A stretch of 64,000 bases of DNA from an uncultured delta proteobacterium (GCA_963793865.1 CAWCBP010000008.1:544001-608000); one strand, 5' to 3'; shown: positions 39,057-50,541, counted from the first letter of the stretch. The notes: a model not told the origin generated them from the sequence alone. A program made the numbers and translations.

Positions 39057-40043
39057 ATGAATTCCGGTATGGCGACAAGAGTGCTCTCAGCAGTGACGTG
39101 TCTTATGGCAATCTTTTTTCTTGCAGCACAATGCTGCACCGGTGCTGAATTTCTCATGGTGAAGCATTTTGAGAGCCCGTTTGGGGAAGGTGTCGGAGAT
39201 CTCACTTACAACGATGACGGTTATTTATATGCGACTGCAAAATCACTTTTAAAATACGGAGATCGAATCTACAAGATAGATCCGGAAAACGGGACCTATC
39301 AGGATTTCTTTAAACACCCGAGTGAACCGAGCAATGAGCTCAAATACATTGCCTCCTGCAACGGCACCATCTATGTTGATCATTACCCGCTGGTACTGAA
39401 TCACGCAATCTACAAACTTTATCCCGACGAAGATATCTGGACAACCTTTTTTGAGCCGGAACATGCGGGATACGGGGGGATTGCCTGTGACGGGTCCAAC
39501 CTGATCGTTGCTGAAGAGGAGTACCTGTATACCATCAGCCTGGTTACCCAGGAAGAGACCGGGAGAAACAAATTTATCACCATTGATGCATATGAGGGCA
39601 TGACCTGGGACGGGGCATATCTCTGGGCGCTTACCACGAATGATACGCTGCACAAAATAGATGCGGGCAGGATTATTGAAGAGAGGGCGTTGCCGGCCAC
39701 GCTTAAGAAGTGCCGGGGGTTGGCCTATGACGGCGAGTGTTTCTGGACCTATGTAAGCGGACTGCTGTCCCCCTATTCTCAGCAAATCGTACAATTGAAG
39801 CCTTTAGAAGCCCTCTGTCCTGCAGAAATGGTGTATGGAGAAGATTCACCGGAAGCGGAACTGCTGCGATATTTCAGGGACGCGGTATTGAGCAGGACCC
39901 ATGAAGGCCGGGAAATAATAAAACTATACTATGAGTTCAGCCCTGCCCTCACCGGCGTCATGGCGGGGGATGAGAAGTTAACATCGGAAATAAGGGCCAT
40001 ACTGGATGGCGTTTTACCGCTAGCGAGGTCAGAAAGGAACTAG
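39057..40043 (+). CDS. Secreted beta-propeller-like protein with CFI-box-like C-terminal domain (paralog 1)
   Basis: Signal peptide; repeated G[IML][AT]xDG..[LF]W blades; C-terminal CPAEMVYGEDSPEAELLRYFRDAVL...GREIIKLYY.SP. Confidence 0.7.
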   Translation: MNSGMATRVLSAVTCLMAIFFLAAQCCTGAEFLMVKHFESPFGEGVGDLTYNDDGYLYATAKSLLKYGDRIYKIDPENGTYQDFFKHPSEPSNELKYIASCNGTIYVDHYPLVLNHAIYKLYPDEDIWTTFFEPEHAGYGGIACDGSNLIVAEEEYLYTISLVTQEETGRNKFITIDAYEGMTWDGAYLWALTTNDTLHKIDAGRIIEERALPATLKKCRGLAYDGECFWTYVSGLLSPYSQQIVQLKPLEALCPAEMVYGEDSPEAELLRYFRDAVLSRTHEGREIIKLYYEFSPALTGVMAGDEKLTSEIRAILDGVLPLARSERN

Positions 40044-40101
40044 CATTCCTCTTCTGCCTCTCCGCTTCGTGCTCATCCGTGCCAACCACAAGGAGTGCTC
40101 T

Positions 40102-41187
40102 ATGTCAGATTTTTTGTCGGCCAGAATAAAGATAGTCATAATGCTTGGTTTGCTCTGCAGTGTTTTCTTTTCAGCGGCCGTGTGCCGGAGCTATGAATTC
40201 CAAATCGTTAATCACTTTGCGGGTTTATTAGTGGGGGGCGTGAGTGACCTTACCTACAGTAATGGATATTTGTATGTAACCAAGGCAAAAACGATAAGTG
40301 ATAACAGTCGAATATTCATCATAGATCCAAAGGATGGAACATTCGCAGGATTTCTTGAACATCCCAGTGATCCCATAAACCAGCTCAAATATATTACCTC
40401 CTGTAATGGCAACATCTATGTTGACCACTATCCGCTTCTGTTTAATTATGTCATCTATAAAATCTATCCTGAAACAGGCATCTGGACAACCTTCTTTGAG
40501 CCTGACAGTCCCTCAGAGGGGGGGATTGCCTGTGACGGGGCCAACCTGATACTTACCGAGGCGGGATATATCTACAAAATCAGTTTGTCGAATCAGCAGG
40601 AAGTGAGCAGGGATAAATTCATAACACTGCAAAGTTATGACGGCATGACCTGGGATGGAGAATACCTCTGCGCTATAGCCAGTGATGAACTGAACAGGGC
40701 CATTATTCACAAAATCGATTCGGGCCTGATAGTGGAAGAAATCAAACTGCCGAGTGCATTGGCTAATTGCAGGGGATTGGCCTATGACGGGGAAGCCTTC
40801 TGGACCTATGTCACAGGCGCCCTTTCTCCCTATGCCGAGGAAATTGTTCAAATTAAAATTATCAGCACTCCGGTACCAACCACAACTACCTCCAGCACAA
40901 CCACTATCCCGGCATCTACAACAGTAATCACCTCCAGTTCTACAACCACTACTGCCTCATCCCAGCCCTGCGTTGCGGAACTGCTGTATGGTGAAGATTC
41001 AGCGGAAGCGGCGCTCTTACGCTGCGTCCGCGATAGCGTTCTCAACCGGACCCCGGAAGGCCGGGAAATAATAAGGCTCTACTACCAATGGAGCCCGATA
41101 CTGGTAACAGCAATGGCAGATGGGGAATTCAAAAAATGGTTGATGGAAACAATTGATAGCGTGTTGCCGATGATTGAAGGAGAATAA
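40102..41187 (+). CDS. Secreted beta-propeller-like protein with Thr/Ser linker and CFI-box-like C-terminal domain (paralog 2)
   Basis: Clear paralog of 39057..40043 with an added poly-Thr/Ser linker; CVAELLYGEDS...LLR..RD.VL...EGREII.LYY.WSP. Confidence 0.7.
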   Translation: MSDFLSARIKIVIMLGLLCSVFFSAAVCRSYEFQIVNHFAGLLVGGVSDLTYSNGYLYVTKAKTISDNSRIFIIDPKDGTFAGFLEHPSDPINQLKYITSCNGNIYVDHYPLLFNYVIYKIYPETGIWTTFFEPDSPSEGGIACDGANLILTEAGYIYKISLSNQQEVSRDKFITLQSYDGMTWDGEYLCAIASDELNRAIIHKIDSGLIVEEIKLPSALANCRGLAYDGEAFWTYVTGALSPYAEEIVQIKIISTPVPTTTTSSTTTIPASTTVITSSSTTTTASSQPCVAELLYGEDSAEAALLRCVRDSVLNRTPEGREIIRLYYQWSPILVTAMADGEFKKWLMETIDSVLPMIEGE

Positions 41188-41188
41188 G

Positions 41189-41803
41189 ATGCTTTCCAAT
41201 AAAGAATTACGGGCGAAGGCACGGGATCAGTTGCGGGGAAAGTGGACTGGTCCTGTTGTTGTAACACTGATTTATGTGGTGATCTGTGTAACGGTGACCA
41301 ACATTCCCTATGTTGGCACCGGACTGACGCTTATACTGGCAGGGCCCATGTATCTCGGGTTTTCTCAATACTTTCTGAATTTCAAGCGGGGGAATAATCC
41401 GAAACCAGAAGATGTTTTTTCCGGTTTCAGGAATTTGGGAAGCTCAATTGCACTGTACTTTATTATGTTGATCTTTATATTGCTCTGGTCCCTGCTGCTC
41501 CTCATTCCGGGAATCATTGCCGGCATCAGATATTCCATGTCGTTTTATGCATTGTGCGATAACCCTGACAGCGGGGCCATGAATGCCCTGAATAAGAGCA
41601 AGGAGTTGATGAAGGGAAATAAAATGCAGCTGTTTCTGCTCTGGCTGAGCTTTTTAGGCTGGGCGGTGTGCTGTATTTTCACCTTTGGTATAGGGTTCCT
41701 GTGGCTGATTCCCTATATGGCGGTATCAATGGTTAATTTTTATGAAGAGATGACCGCTGTTCCGGCAGGGAACAGTCCTTCGGATGTGGTTTCGAATGGA
41801 TAA
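41189..41803 (+). CDS. DUF975-family integral membrane protein
   Basis: ELRAKAR..L.GKW, LWSLLLLIPGII...YS, S.ELMKGNK..LF.L.LSF.GW. Confidence 0.85.
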   Translation: MLSNKELRAKARDQLRGKWTGPVVVTLIYVVICVTVTNIPYVGTGLTLILAGPMYLGFSQYFLNFKRGNNPKPEDVFSGFRNLGSSIALYFIMLIFILLWSLLLLIPGIIAGIRYSMSFYALCDNPDSGAMNALNKSKELMKGNKMQLFLLWLSFLGWAVCCIFTFGIGFLWLIPYMAVSMVNFYEEMTAVPAGNSPSDVVSNG

Positions 41804-41831
41804 ATGTTAGCCGAAGATATTGGAAGTTTCG

Positions 41832-41992
41832 GCAGGAGCGCATTCATGCGCGATACATTCGCGGCTTAAAGCCGCTCCTACCGGCCGGCACATATAATTT
41901 AATACAGAAAATGAAGTCTGATCAGTAGGGGCGACCGGCCGGTCGCCCCTACATTCATATACGAAACGGATTCCCGCTTTCGCGGGGATGAC
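41832..41992. repeat. Composite palindrome cluster (three repeat types)
   Basis: caggagcg...cgctcctac pair, perfect GTAG REP at 41925-41952, and ggattcccgctttcgcggggatgac. Confidence 0.8.
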
Positions 41993-41999
41993 AAACAGC

Positions 42000-42467
42000 T
42001 TAGGGTTGCTTTGAGAGAAGTGATGCAATGGAATTGACGATGGCGGTGGTGGAAACTCCCGCTGTCAGGGGCAGAGAAAGCACTTTTCCCCCGTATGACT
42101 CAACAATATCCCTGCCAACGATGGTATCTACCGTCCAGTCGCCCCCTTTAACCAGAATGTCCGGCTTTATGTGCCCGATGATTTCCCGCGGGTTGTCCTG
42201 ATCGAAAATGGTAACGTAGTCAATACAATCCAGGGCGGCAAGAACTTCGGCGCGCTCATCCTCGGGGACGATGGGGCGCGGGGTGCCTTTGAGCGCCCTC
42301 ACGGAGCGGTCGCTATTCAGGCCTACCACCAGAACATCGCCCAGGCTCCTCGCTTCCTTGAAGCACCTCACATGACCGACGTGCAGCAGATCATAGCAGC
42401 CGTTGGTGAAAACAATTATTTTACCTTCCTGCTTGTGTCGAGCGATGGCAGGAAGAAGCTCGTTCAC
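42000..42467 (-). CDS. rfaE2: D-glycero-beta-D-manno-heptose 1-phosphate adenylyltransferase
   Basis: [36 protein letters not shown]. Confidence 0.93.
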   Translation of the reverse strand: MNELLPAIARHKQEGKIIVFTNGCYDLLHVGHVRCFKEARSLGDVLVVGLNSDRSVRALKGTPRPIVPEDERAEVLAALDCIDYVTIFDQDNPREIIGHIKPDILVKGGDWTVDTIVGRDIVESYGGKVLSLPLTAGVSTTAIVNSIASLLSKQP

Positions 42468-42533
42468 GGTTTTTTATTTTAGCGGTTAAGGGAATCATTG
42501 CAATGTACTTGGATGGCGATGAGAACGCTAACT

Positions 42534-42561
42534 GTAGGGGCAACCGGCCGGTTGCCCCTAC
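42534..42561. repeat. GTAG-type REP palindrome with a compensatory change
   Basis: gtaggggcAaccggccggtTgcccctac. Confidence 0.85.
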
Positions 42562-42665
42562 GAAATGAACCTTATTTCCGGACAACGGAATGATGTGCTG
42601 TGTTTTTCAACTAGATTTGGGAAATTATAAGCAGAAACGAACGGAGATGTCCAACTGAAAATTGA

Positions 42666-44459
42666 TCATTCGCTGGTAACCCGTAAGACCTCGCTGTAGG
42701 TGGTGACCCCTTTGAGCATGGCCCGGATGGCGTTTTCTCGGAGGGTGCTCATGCCTTCCTCCCGGGCGACCTTGGTAATGGCTTCCAGCGGTGTTTCCCT
42801 GCTGATCAGCTTTCGCGCGCGCTCGGTTATGGAGAAGACTTCAAAGACGCCCACCCGGCCCTTGTACCCGGTCTTGCGGCACTGCAGGCAGCCCTTGCCT
42901 CTCTTTAGTTCTATTTCTCCGTCATCATTCCCCGCGCCGAGACCCAGGCTGGCAAGCTCATCCTTTGTGAGGGTCACGCTCTCGATGCAGCTGGGGCAGA
43001 TTCTCCTCACCAGTCTTTGCGCAATCACCCCTATCAGGGTCGCGTTGATCAAAAAGGGTTCCACACCCAGGTCGATGAGGCGGGTTATGGATGATACCGC
43101 GTCGTTGGTATGCAGGGTGCTCAGGACAAGATGGCCGGTGAGCGCGGCTTGGATGGCGTTTTCAGCAGTCTCCAGGTCCCTGATTTCGCCCACCATGATG
43201 ATGTCCGGATCCTGGCGGAGGATATTTCGCAGGATGCTGCCGAAGGTGATGCCCACCTGGGGCTGAACGGCTATCTGGTTGAAATCCTGGTGCACCATTT
43301 CGATGGGGTCCTCGATGGTGGTGATGTTCAGCTCCGGTGTGGAAAGAAATCGGAGCGATGAATAGAGGGTGGTGGTCTTTCCGCTTCCGGTGGGGCCGGT
43401 CACCAGAATAATTCCGTGGGGATGCTTGAGAAACGAATGGTAATTGATCAGGTCCATGGGTAAGAAACCCAGCTCTTCCAGGTTCTGAAAAAGCACGTCG
43501 GGATTGAGCACCCGCAGCACCACTTTTTCCCCGAATGCCACCGGGATGGTCGACACGCGCAGCTCGGCCTCCTTCCCCTCGTAGGATACTTTCATCCGGC
43601 CGTCCTGCGGCTTTCTTTTCTCGGCGATATTGAGGCGGGAGAGACTCTTGATCAGCGAGACAATGGCCGGGTACACGCCCTTGGGGAGCGAGTAGATGGG
43701 ATACAAGACGCCGTCAATTCTCAGGCGGCAGGTGCCGAAATCTCTTTTGGGCTCAATGTGAATATCGCTGGCCCGCTGCTCAAATGCATAGTGCAACAGG
43801 TAGTCCACCGCCTTTTTCACGTGCTGGTCGGTTGATTCAATTTCCTGGCCTGACCGCAGCTTCATATACTGTTCCAGGTTTCCCAGGTCCACCAGCGGTG
43901 CATCCAGCTCTTTTTCTGCGGCAACGATGGATGATTTGAAGCCGTAAAACTCGGCGATGATTTTCAAAATGTCCGCTTTGGTGCTGACCACGGGAGAGAC
44001 ATGGAACCTGCTTACCTGTTGTATGTCATTCAGGGCCTCGTGGTCGAGCGGATTATACATGGCCATCACCAGCTCGCCGTTTTCCAGGGAGAGGGGCACC
44101 ACCAGGTTTTTGAGCGCGAACGGCTTGGCGATGGTTTTGGTAACCACGTCGAGATCGAGCTCAAGCGCGTTTATCTTTTTAAAGGGAAGATGCACATAAT
44201 CGGCGAAGGCGCGCATGATGGCTTCTTCCGTCAGCTCCTCCTGCGTATCGGGCGTTTTAAGCTTCATGGAGCTGACGATGTCTATGGCGGTGATCTCATG
44301 GCTGTCACCATCGAGCGAGAGGCTGTCAATCTGCTTGATGGCCGCGATCCGGGACAGCCGCGCCCGCTGCTCATGTTCCTGGGAAACAATCTGCTTTTTC
44401 TGAGCCGGGGAAATGAGCTGCTGGTCCAGAAGCATAGTGCAGAGAGGCTCAATTTTCAT
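42666..44459 (-). CDS. GspE/PilB-family secretion/pilus ATPase
   Basis: ASDIHIEP, RLRIDG, PQDGR, GPTGSGKTTT, LRQDPD, TGHLVLSTLH, CxxC...CxxC. Start uncertain. Confidence 0.93.
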   Translation of the reverse strand: MKIEPLCTMLLDQQLISPAQKKQIVSQEHEQRARLSRIAAIKQIDSLSLDGDSHEITAIDIVSSMKLKTPDTQEELTEEAIMRAFADYVHLPFKKINALELDLDVVTKTIAKPFALKNLVVPLSLENGELVMAMYNPLDHEALNDIQQVSRFHVSPVVSTKADILKIIAEFYGFKSSIVAAEKELDAPLVDLGNLEQYMKLRSGQEIESTDQHVKKAVDYLLHYAFEQRASDIHIEPKRDFGTCRLRIDGVLYPIYSLPKGVYPAIVSLIKSLSRLNIAEKRKPQDGRMKVSYEGKEAELRVSTIPVAFGEKVVLRVLNPDVLFQNLEELGFLPMDLINYHSFLKHPHGIILVTGPTGSGKTTTLYSSLRFLSTPELNITTIEDPIEMVHQDFNQIAVQPQVGITFGSILRNILRQDPDIIMVGEIRDLETAENAIQAALTGHLVLSTLHTNDAVSSITRLIDLGVEPFLINATLIGVIAQRLVRRICPSCIESVTLTKDELASLGLGAGNDDGEIELKRGKGCLQCRKTGYKGRVGVFEVFSITERARKLISRETPLEAITKVAREEGMSTLRENAIRAMLKGVTTYSEVLRVTSE

Positions 44460-44556
44460 GCATGGTGAGGTCATGGTGGCACTCAGTGTGGAAATATTCT
44501 TGATTCTCCCTTGTCCCTTTACTTTCTCCGCCAAATCCGTGTTGTAATTATTGCGG

Positions 44557-44649
44557 GTCATTGCGAGCGACCGTGAGGGAGCGCGGCAATCTCAATATTT
44601 ATTATCCATTATGAGATTGCTTCGGTCGTTTCTCTCCCTCGCAATGACA
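44557..44649. repeat. Palindromic element gtcattgcgag...ctcgcaatgac
   Basis: Outer IR gtcattgcgag/ctcgcaatgac and inner gcaatctc/gagattgc. Confidence 0.8.
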
Positions 44650-44805
44650 TATGACGTAGACCCATCGAGGAGAAAGATGGGTGAAGAGAAAAAGGTAGTA
44701 AAATAATAAATCTCTGATTCACCTGCGCAAGGATCTAACCCTGCAAGATACGTGGCACACCTGATTCTCTATCGGATGCTTACCGGGTAAAGCTTTAGGC
44801 ATTTC

Positions 44806-47800
44806 CTATTCTTCCCGCCATGATTCCATGCCGCTTTGCACCTTAAGGGGCGGGGTGAGGGGAAGGATTTCAAGGGCTGTCCCGCTTGAAGGGAGCACCA
44901 GGGTGCCGGTTTTGCCCAGGTGCACGGCCGGCGCCTCAAACACGGACGCGCCCAAGGCGATCTTTTTTTGCATTGCCTCATGGGGATCACGCTGCCCGTC
45001 CCCGCTGTAGACAGGGTTCTCGGTGGAAGGAAGGAAGAGGGGTTTTATCCAGGCGGTGCCCGTTTTGTAGTAAAGCGTATAGAGGATGCTCAGGTCTTGT
45101 GTACCGCACGGATCGGGGTCCGGGGTGAAGCTGGTAAAACTCAAAACTCCTCCCAAAAGTGCCGGTTTGCTGAGCACCCGCTCGCCCGGAGACAGGGTCA
45201 GGTACCAGCCCTGTCTTCCCTCAATCTCATGTTCCAGGTCATTAAAGGTGGTGATGGTCGTGCCGCCGATCGTGCCATCGCGGTACACGGTGACCGGGCT
45301 TGCATCGTACAGTTGATCCAAAGTGACTGCATCCCTGCAATCCCCTCTGTAGCAGGGATCTTTTAAGCCCGCAAACAGATGTACTCTCGACTCGCGCGCG
45401 CGGTCAAAAAAGTCAAAGTATCTGCCGGTACCGATAAAAACCCACAGATTGTTGTTGCCGTCTAATGAAACGCCGGGGGCCGCGGTCACCGGATGCGGGG
45501 TGCTGAAAAGCAGGGAGGCATTCCATGCAGCGGGATCCGTGGAGTAAGGCCACGGATCATTTACAGTGCACGCCGCGCCGGAACAGACTTTGGTGGAAAG
45601 CCGGCGCACGCATCCCTGCCACTCGTCACCGGCCAGGAACGATTCCCCCACGTAAATAACGTCGGTGTTAAAATCAAGGTTTGCGTCGACACTGACCGGA
45701 CTACCGGTAAATCCGGGCGGGCCTTCCCCGCCCATGATGCGGACAAGCTCGCCGGTCTTAAGGTTAACCACGAAGAGACGCGCGGGTTGCGTGCTGTTGC
45801 CGCGGTAGTCCGTGGGCCCGGAACCGAAGATCACAAACCAGTTGTCGTCATCGGGCCGGGTAAATCCTCCCTGCGCTTCAACCCGGACGATGCAGGGATA
45901 GCCGGTGGTAAAGCCCAGCGAAGGGTGGGTGAACTCCCACAGCAGCCGGGGACGATCCGGTACGGTTACGTCAAGAGCGAAATAGGCGGATCTGAAAAGG
46001 CGTGATTCATTTCCCGAGCCGAAATCATCTGAGACCTCAATGGTTCCGCCTCCCAGGCCCATGCCGCCGATGAGGATTGTGCCCCATCCATGAGGGTGAT
46101 CGCCGTCCATGGCATTTCCCGCGCTGTCGGCAAAGATCCGCGCGTCCGCCAGTTTCGGCTTCAGGTCAACATAGTCCACATGAGTATAATTTTTTTTGGT
46201 TAACCAAATCAGGTGGGGAAGCAGGGACTGGGGAATGTATGCCCAGCGCTCGTCGCCGATGTCCAGCCCGGCAGTGGAATCTGTGTCATACCATCCCCGT
46301 TCCTCTTTGTCGGCAGTTGCCGGGTTGTCACCCGGATGGGAGATGCCTCCGGTAAAAGCGTGAAGCATTCCGTCGTTGGCACCCGCGAACACGGTGAGAG
46401 GCCGCCCCTTCCACCTGCTGAGGTATGCCTCGTACCCTTCGTCCCCATAGATGATGTGATAATTCTCGAGGGGCTCTTTCACTATGGCGGGAGTAGACCG
46501 GACAATGTCTCCCAGCTTCCATACCATCTCCGGCGGCCCGGCTTCTGCCGTCCGGTTCCTGAAGCCTTCAATTGCTTCTCCCCTGATATACCTTATGATA
46601 TCAACGGCCTCACTCTGATCGTGTGCCCCCAGGAACGGCCTGAGCAGCGCGGCGTTCTCAGGAATGAAGTCCAGGTATTCTCCTGCATCGGCAGCACCAT
46701 TGCCATTGATGTCGACAAAGGTCAAAATTGTTCTTCCTGCCGCGATCCTCATGGCAAGCTTTTCACCTGCCTCCCAGAGCGGGCGGATGGCGGTGAGGGG
46801 AACCACTGCATCCGGCACATCACGGTCCGCCCTGCCGTCCCCATCATCATCGCCAAAAAGGCATGCATGGCCTTCGGTGCCATCTCCCTCCGGGGAAAAC
46901 CTGATGATGCGGTCGCGATCGTGGACGAGCGCCCTGTCTCCGTCGCTGTCCTCGCGAATATTTCCGAATGAATCAACCCAGAGGGCACGGAGAAAGCCTC
47001 TCCAGGTGTTTGTCGGCTCTTCCGGGGAAATGGATGGCTGAAAAAAAGCCTGGAAAAGGGTCCCTTCATCCTGAAATGACTGTGAGCTGATGGCGGGCCC
47101 GCTGCAGGAGATGCTGCCGGCGAGAATGCGCACCGAAGCCTGCAGCAGTTTATCTCCGAGCAGGGAGGCGTCGCCTGCCTCATAGCAGGTGTCGGGTAGC
47201 CCGTTCCCATCGCTGTCCCATTCCCCGGTTGTGTCGGGTCGGCCGTTGCCGTCGAGGTCGACAAAACCGCCGTTGCGGGCGGCGTCGCGCAGAAGTCCGG
47301 AACCGGATCCAAACGCGGAGATGGTAAAAAGGGTGATGCTTTGCGTTCCATCGCTTCCTGCATCTCCGCGCAAATCGGCCGTGTGAGCCCACAGCGCAAT
47401 ATCGTCAAGGAAGTCGGAACCCTCTTCCACCGAACCCGGGGTATCGTTGCCGTCGGCGTCGTAATCGCGAAGGCTTGCCGTCTCCCCGGTTGGTGGATTT
47501 TGCGGTATCCCCTGATCGTGCGTTGATTCCCCGTCGGAAATTAAAATGATAAATGATGGAGTACAGGGAACCGTCTCCGCAAAATCCCTCATGAAGAACG
47601 GGTCGTTTTGGTTGCCCGCCATGTAGTCAGGAGGTGTGTGAGGATACGCGGGCGGAATCTGCATGAAATAGCTGACCGCCTCAAAGAGCGATTCTGCCAA
47701 AGGCGACCAGGGAACAAGCGGAGCGTTTTCGATACTACTGACAAGGTTCGGCAGTTCATCGCCGACAGGATTGGCAATCCTGCCCCCTTCTCCATCCTGG

Positions 47801-48502
47801 TTGAAGAGGAGCAATCCCAGGCGTGCCCTTACGGCCAGACTGTGCAGCAGACCGCTGATCTCACCCGACCTGAAATCATCCGGTTCGTGGAGCTGCTCTT
47901 TGACGACCCGGATGGTAAGCTGCAGCATGTTCTCTGCGATGGGATCAGGCGTGCCGCCGACATAGATGCTCCCATCGGCCAGCCCGAAGAAAACCGGTGA
48001 TGAAGGATTCATCCCGAGTTCCTCCGGCAGCGGATACAGCAGGCCGGCACCGGCAGCATAGGCTTTGATGATTTCGTAACCGTCATCTCCGTCCCCTTCG
48101 CCCACCAGGTGACTGACACCGCTGTTGTTGCGGGTGCCGGTTACGGTCTTTCCCCCGACCAGCACCTTGCGGACCAGGTCAATCCGCCTCATGGTGAGCC
48201 AGTTGAGAAAATTTCCGTTCCAGCCGCCGGAGTCGCTGATGTAAAAGTATCCGCCGCCGGAATAGGAGTAAGCGGCAGAAGGTTTAAAGTAACCGTCATA
48301 GATGCGCTCCGGATTGAATTCGCCTTCGTAAGCCGCCCGGTTCATGCTGACGGAGTTGTCCAGCATCACCAGGATGTTGGGAGGGCACTTCCCGAATTGC
48401 AGTGAGAGGATAATGCGTGTAGTCGAGCAGGTTTTGGGCATGCAGACTCAGGGGAACAGCAAGAAACGCGAAAATCAGATTGGTGCTGATAATCTTTTTC
48501 AT
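44806..48502 (-). pseudogene. pilY1: PilY1-like adhesin with a 1-nt frameshift after the signal peptide
   Basis: Signal peptide MKKIISTNLIFAFLAVPLSLHAQ lies in a different frame from the body. Body has a vWA-like LDNSVSM...ILISDG segment, WKLGDIVRSTP, GANDGMLHAF, ERWAYIP and DxDGxG motifs. Removing one C at 48383-48385 gives ...REVPPNILVML. Confidence 0.8.
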
Positions 48503-48542
48503 GGTGCGTTACACGGCATGCGAGCAATGTGACAGAGTGAAA

Positions 48543-49115
48543 TTACCATATGCTTCTGTACTCGCTGATTACGTGTGAGCAGGCACCGGCGCGAAGACAG
48601 CCCCTGCTCCTGATGGAAAACAATATCTTTTTACTGCCTTCTCCGCCGAAACCGGCTCCATCACTGGCCGAGGCAAATTCCGCCGATCCGCCGCCCAGGA
48701 GTGTGGATGCTGTTCGGTCCACATCAATTAACAGCGGCTGGTTGCACAGGCTGCCGCGGATATCCGGTGACGTTTCCGGGGAATCGGTTTGTCCGTCGTT
48801 TAAGGAGGCATTATCGGGGTAATAATCCATTACCTCGTTCTTCAGATTTGACGTCACGCTGAATCCCTGTCCGGTTTCAGCGCTCTGTTGCGCAATGGCC
48901 TCGATAATGCTGACCGCCACCGGATGTCCCGCGTCGGCCAGGTAAAAAGCATCCTTCATCATCCTCTGGTTGCGTGATATGTTCCGGTCCGTGACCACGA
49001 TTGAAATCGCCAGCGATCCCAGGAGCAGAAGGGCGGCAATGATAACCATGACGGTCACCATGAGCGCCCCCGTTTCCCGTTTCGAGCATGTTTTAGAGTG
49101 GTATGATTCATTCAT
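48543..49115 (-). CDS. PilX-like minor pilin
   Basis: G|ALMVT hydrophobic N-terminus without Glu5, then AFYLADAG. Confidence 0.8.
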   Translation of the reverse strand: MNESYHSKTCSKRETGALMVTVMVIIAALLLLGSLAISIVVTDRNISRNQRMMKDAFYLADAGHPVAVSIIEAIAQQSAETGQGFSVTSNLKNEVMDYYPDNASLNDGQTDSPETSPDIRGSLCNQPLLIDVDRTASTLLGGGSAEFASASDGAGFGGEGSKKILFSIRSRGCLRAGACSHVISEYRSIW

Positions 49116-49170
49116 CTGTTTACCGCGGCAGGAGCGGCTTTAGCCGCGAATTCATTCTCCCTGAATGCGC

Positions 49171-49908
49171 TTACAGCCCCAGATTCCTCGGTGTTATGGT
49201 TGTGGAGAGGGTCATCCTCCGGAAATGGTCGCCATGAATCGGATGGGTATAAAGAGTATCCGGCCGGGGCGTTTTAATGGTCATGGTTACTCTCACCGCC
49301 CTCAGGTATCGCCGTTCACCTTTCGTCGGCTGGTCGGTTAGAAGCATCTCTCCCAGCTCATCCGCAATGGAATCCCCGTCGTCGTCAAGATCATTATCAA
49401 TCCCATCATTATCGGCCAGTATGAAGTAGCTCATGCGCAGGTCCTCCATGTTTTCGGCCACAGACCGGGCGCCGCCCCCGGATCTCCAGCAATGGTTGGC
49501 ATTGTCCCATCTCCACAGCTGCCGAACCAGCTCACTGTCTCTTAGGGCATATCTCACGGTCTCCATGACCCCGTCGCCGTCGACATCGGAAGTGAAAGTA
49601 AAGGCGCCGGCAGTCGCTTCTTCTGCGTTCTCCTTTTCGCCATCAGTAAACACGGTGCCGGGCACATCACTCACAATGGAGACCTCCTTGAGCGTATATC
49701 CGGCCATCCTGATTTCCCTGACCATGATTTGTTCGCAGCTTCTCATTGTCTGATACATCTGTGCCAGATCATCCTGCAGCGAATATGATCTTCTCTCGAC
49801 GACGAACAGGTTATAAGCCCCGGCCACTACGGTGCTGCTTATGGCGACGGCGATCATCAGCTCAACCAGGGTCAGCCCCTGCGGGTGTTCTCGCAGCATG
49901 GATTTCAC
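49171..49908 (-). CDS. PilW-like minor pilin
   Basis: QG|LTLVELMIA prepilin site, REIRMAGY, terminal PRNL. Confidence 0.85.
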   Translation of the reverse strand: MKSMLREHPQGLTLVELMIAVAISSTVVAGAYNLFVVERRSYSLQDDLAQMYQTMRSCEQIMVREIRMAGYTLKEVSIVSDVPGTVFTDGEKENAEEATAGAFTFTSDVDGDGVMETVRYALRDSELVRQLWRWDNANHCWRSGGGARSVAENMEDLRMSYFILADNDGIDNDLDDDGDSIADELGEMLLTDQPTKGERRYLRAVRVTMTIKTPRPDTLYTHPIHGDHFRRMTLSTTITPRNLGL

Positions 49909-49920
49909 GGGGTGAAGCTC

Positions 49921-50076
49921 CTAACAAGTTGTTAAAAAGTATTTTGCACAGGCAGTTCAAAAACATTCAGATGCAAGGCACGCGAAATCCTGAGGAATGA
50001 GTCGTACTTTCCCGTACGTCGCAATGACGAAGGGTGAGCGTAACGCAGCAGATGGGTGTTTTTGGACTGCCTGCTA
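49921..50076. repeat. MITE-like palindromic element (~150 bp)
   Basis: Near-identical to the 25412 and 59061 copies; lies between pilV and pilW. Confidence 0.85.
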
Positions 50077-50541
50077 CAGCACCGAAGCGAATGCAACACG
50101 TTTGTGACGCGGGCCCCAGGTTACGATTACGGCTACCGTTTTTCTCCCGGCACAGGGAGCGTTGTCAGCAACGTTCCAGAACCGCTTGTACGCAGGAAGC
50201 CGCATGTCTGAGGCCGCCGCTGTCCGTTCTGGTGCAACGATCAAATGGTCCTCCGCATGATCGGCCATAAGAGGATCGGTTACCTGTTTCAGGCCGCCGT
50301 TATTCCCCGGGTTTGTGTCAGAGAGGTCCGGGTGGTTCCCTGCAAGGGCTTTCAGCTCTTCCATTTTATCCTGGGCCAGGGTGACGGCGGTGGTTAAATA
50401 CCGGGAGTCGGTCAGCGTGCCGGAGGAGGAAATCTGCATGTGCACCAGTCCCGCGGTTGCCAGGCCAAGGATAACCATGGCGATGACAATCTCGATAAGG
50501 GTGAATCCTTTCTCCGGCGGCATGGATCTGTGACGGTTCAT
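50074..50541 (-). CDS. PilV-like minor pilin
   Basis: KG|FTLIEIVIAM, A..LAQDKMEEL, V.VTW. Confidence 0.85.
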   Translation of the reverse strand: MNRHRSMPPEKGFTLIEIVIAMVILGLATAGLVHMQISSSGTLTDSRYLTTAVTLAQDKMEELKALAGNHPDLSDTNPGNNGGLKQVTDPLMADHAEDHLIVAPERTAAASDMRLPAYKRFWNVADNAPCAGRKTVAVIVTWGPRHKRVAFASVL

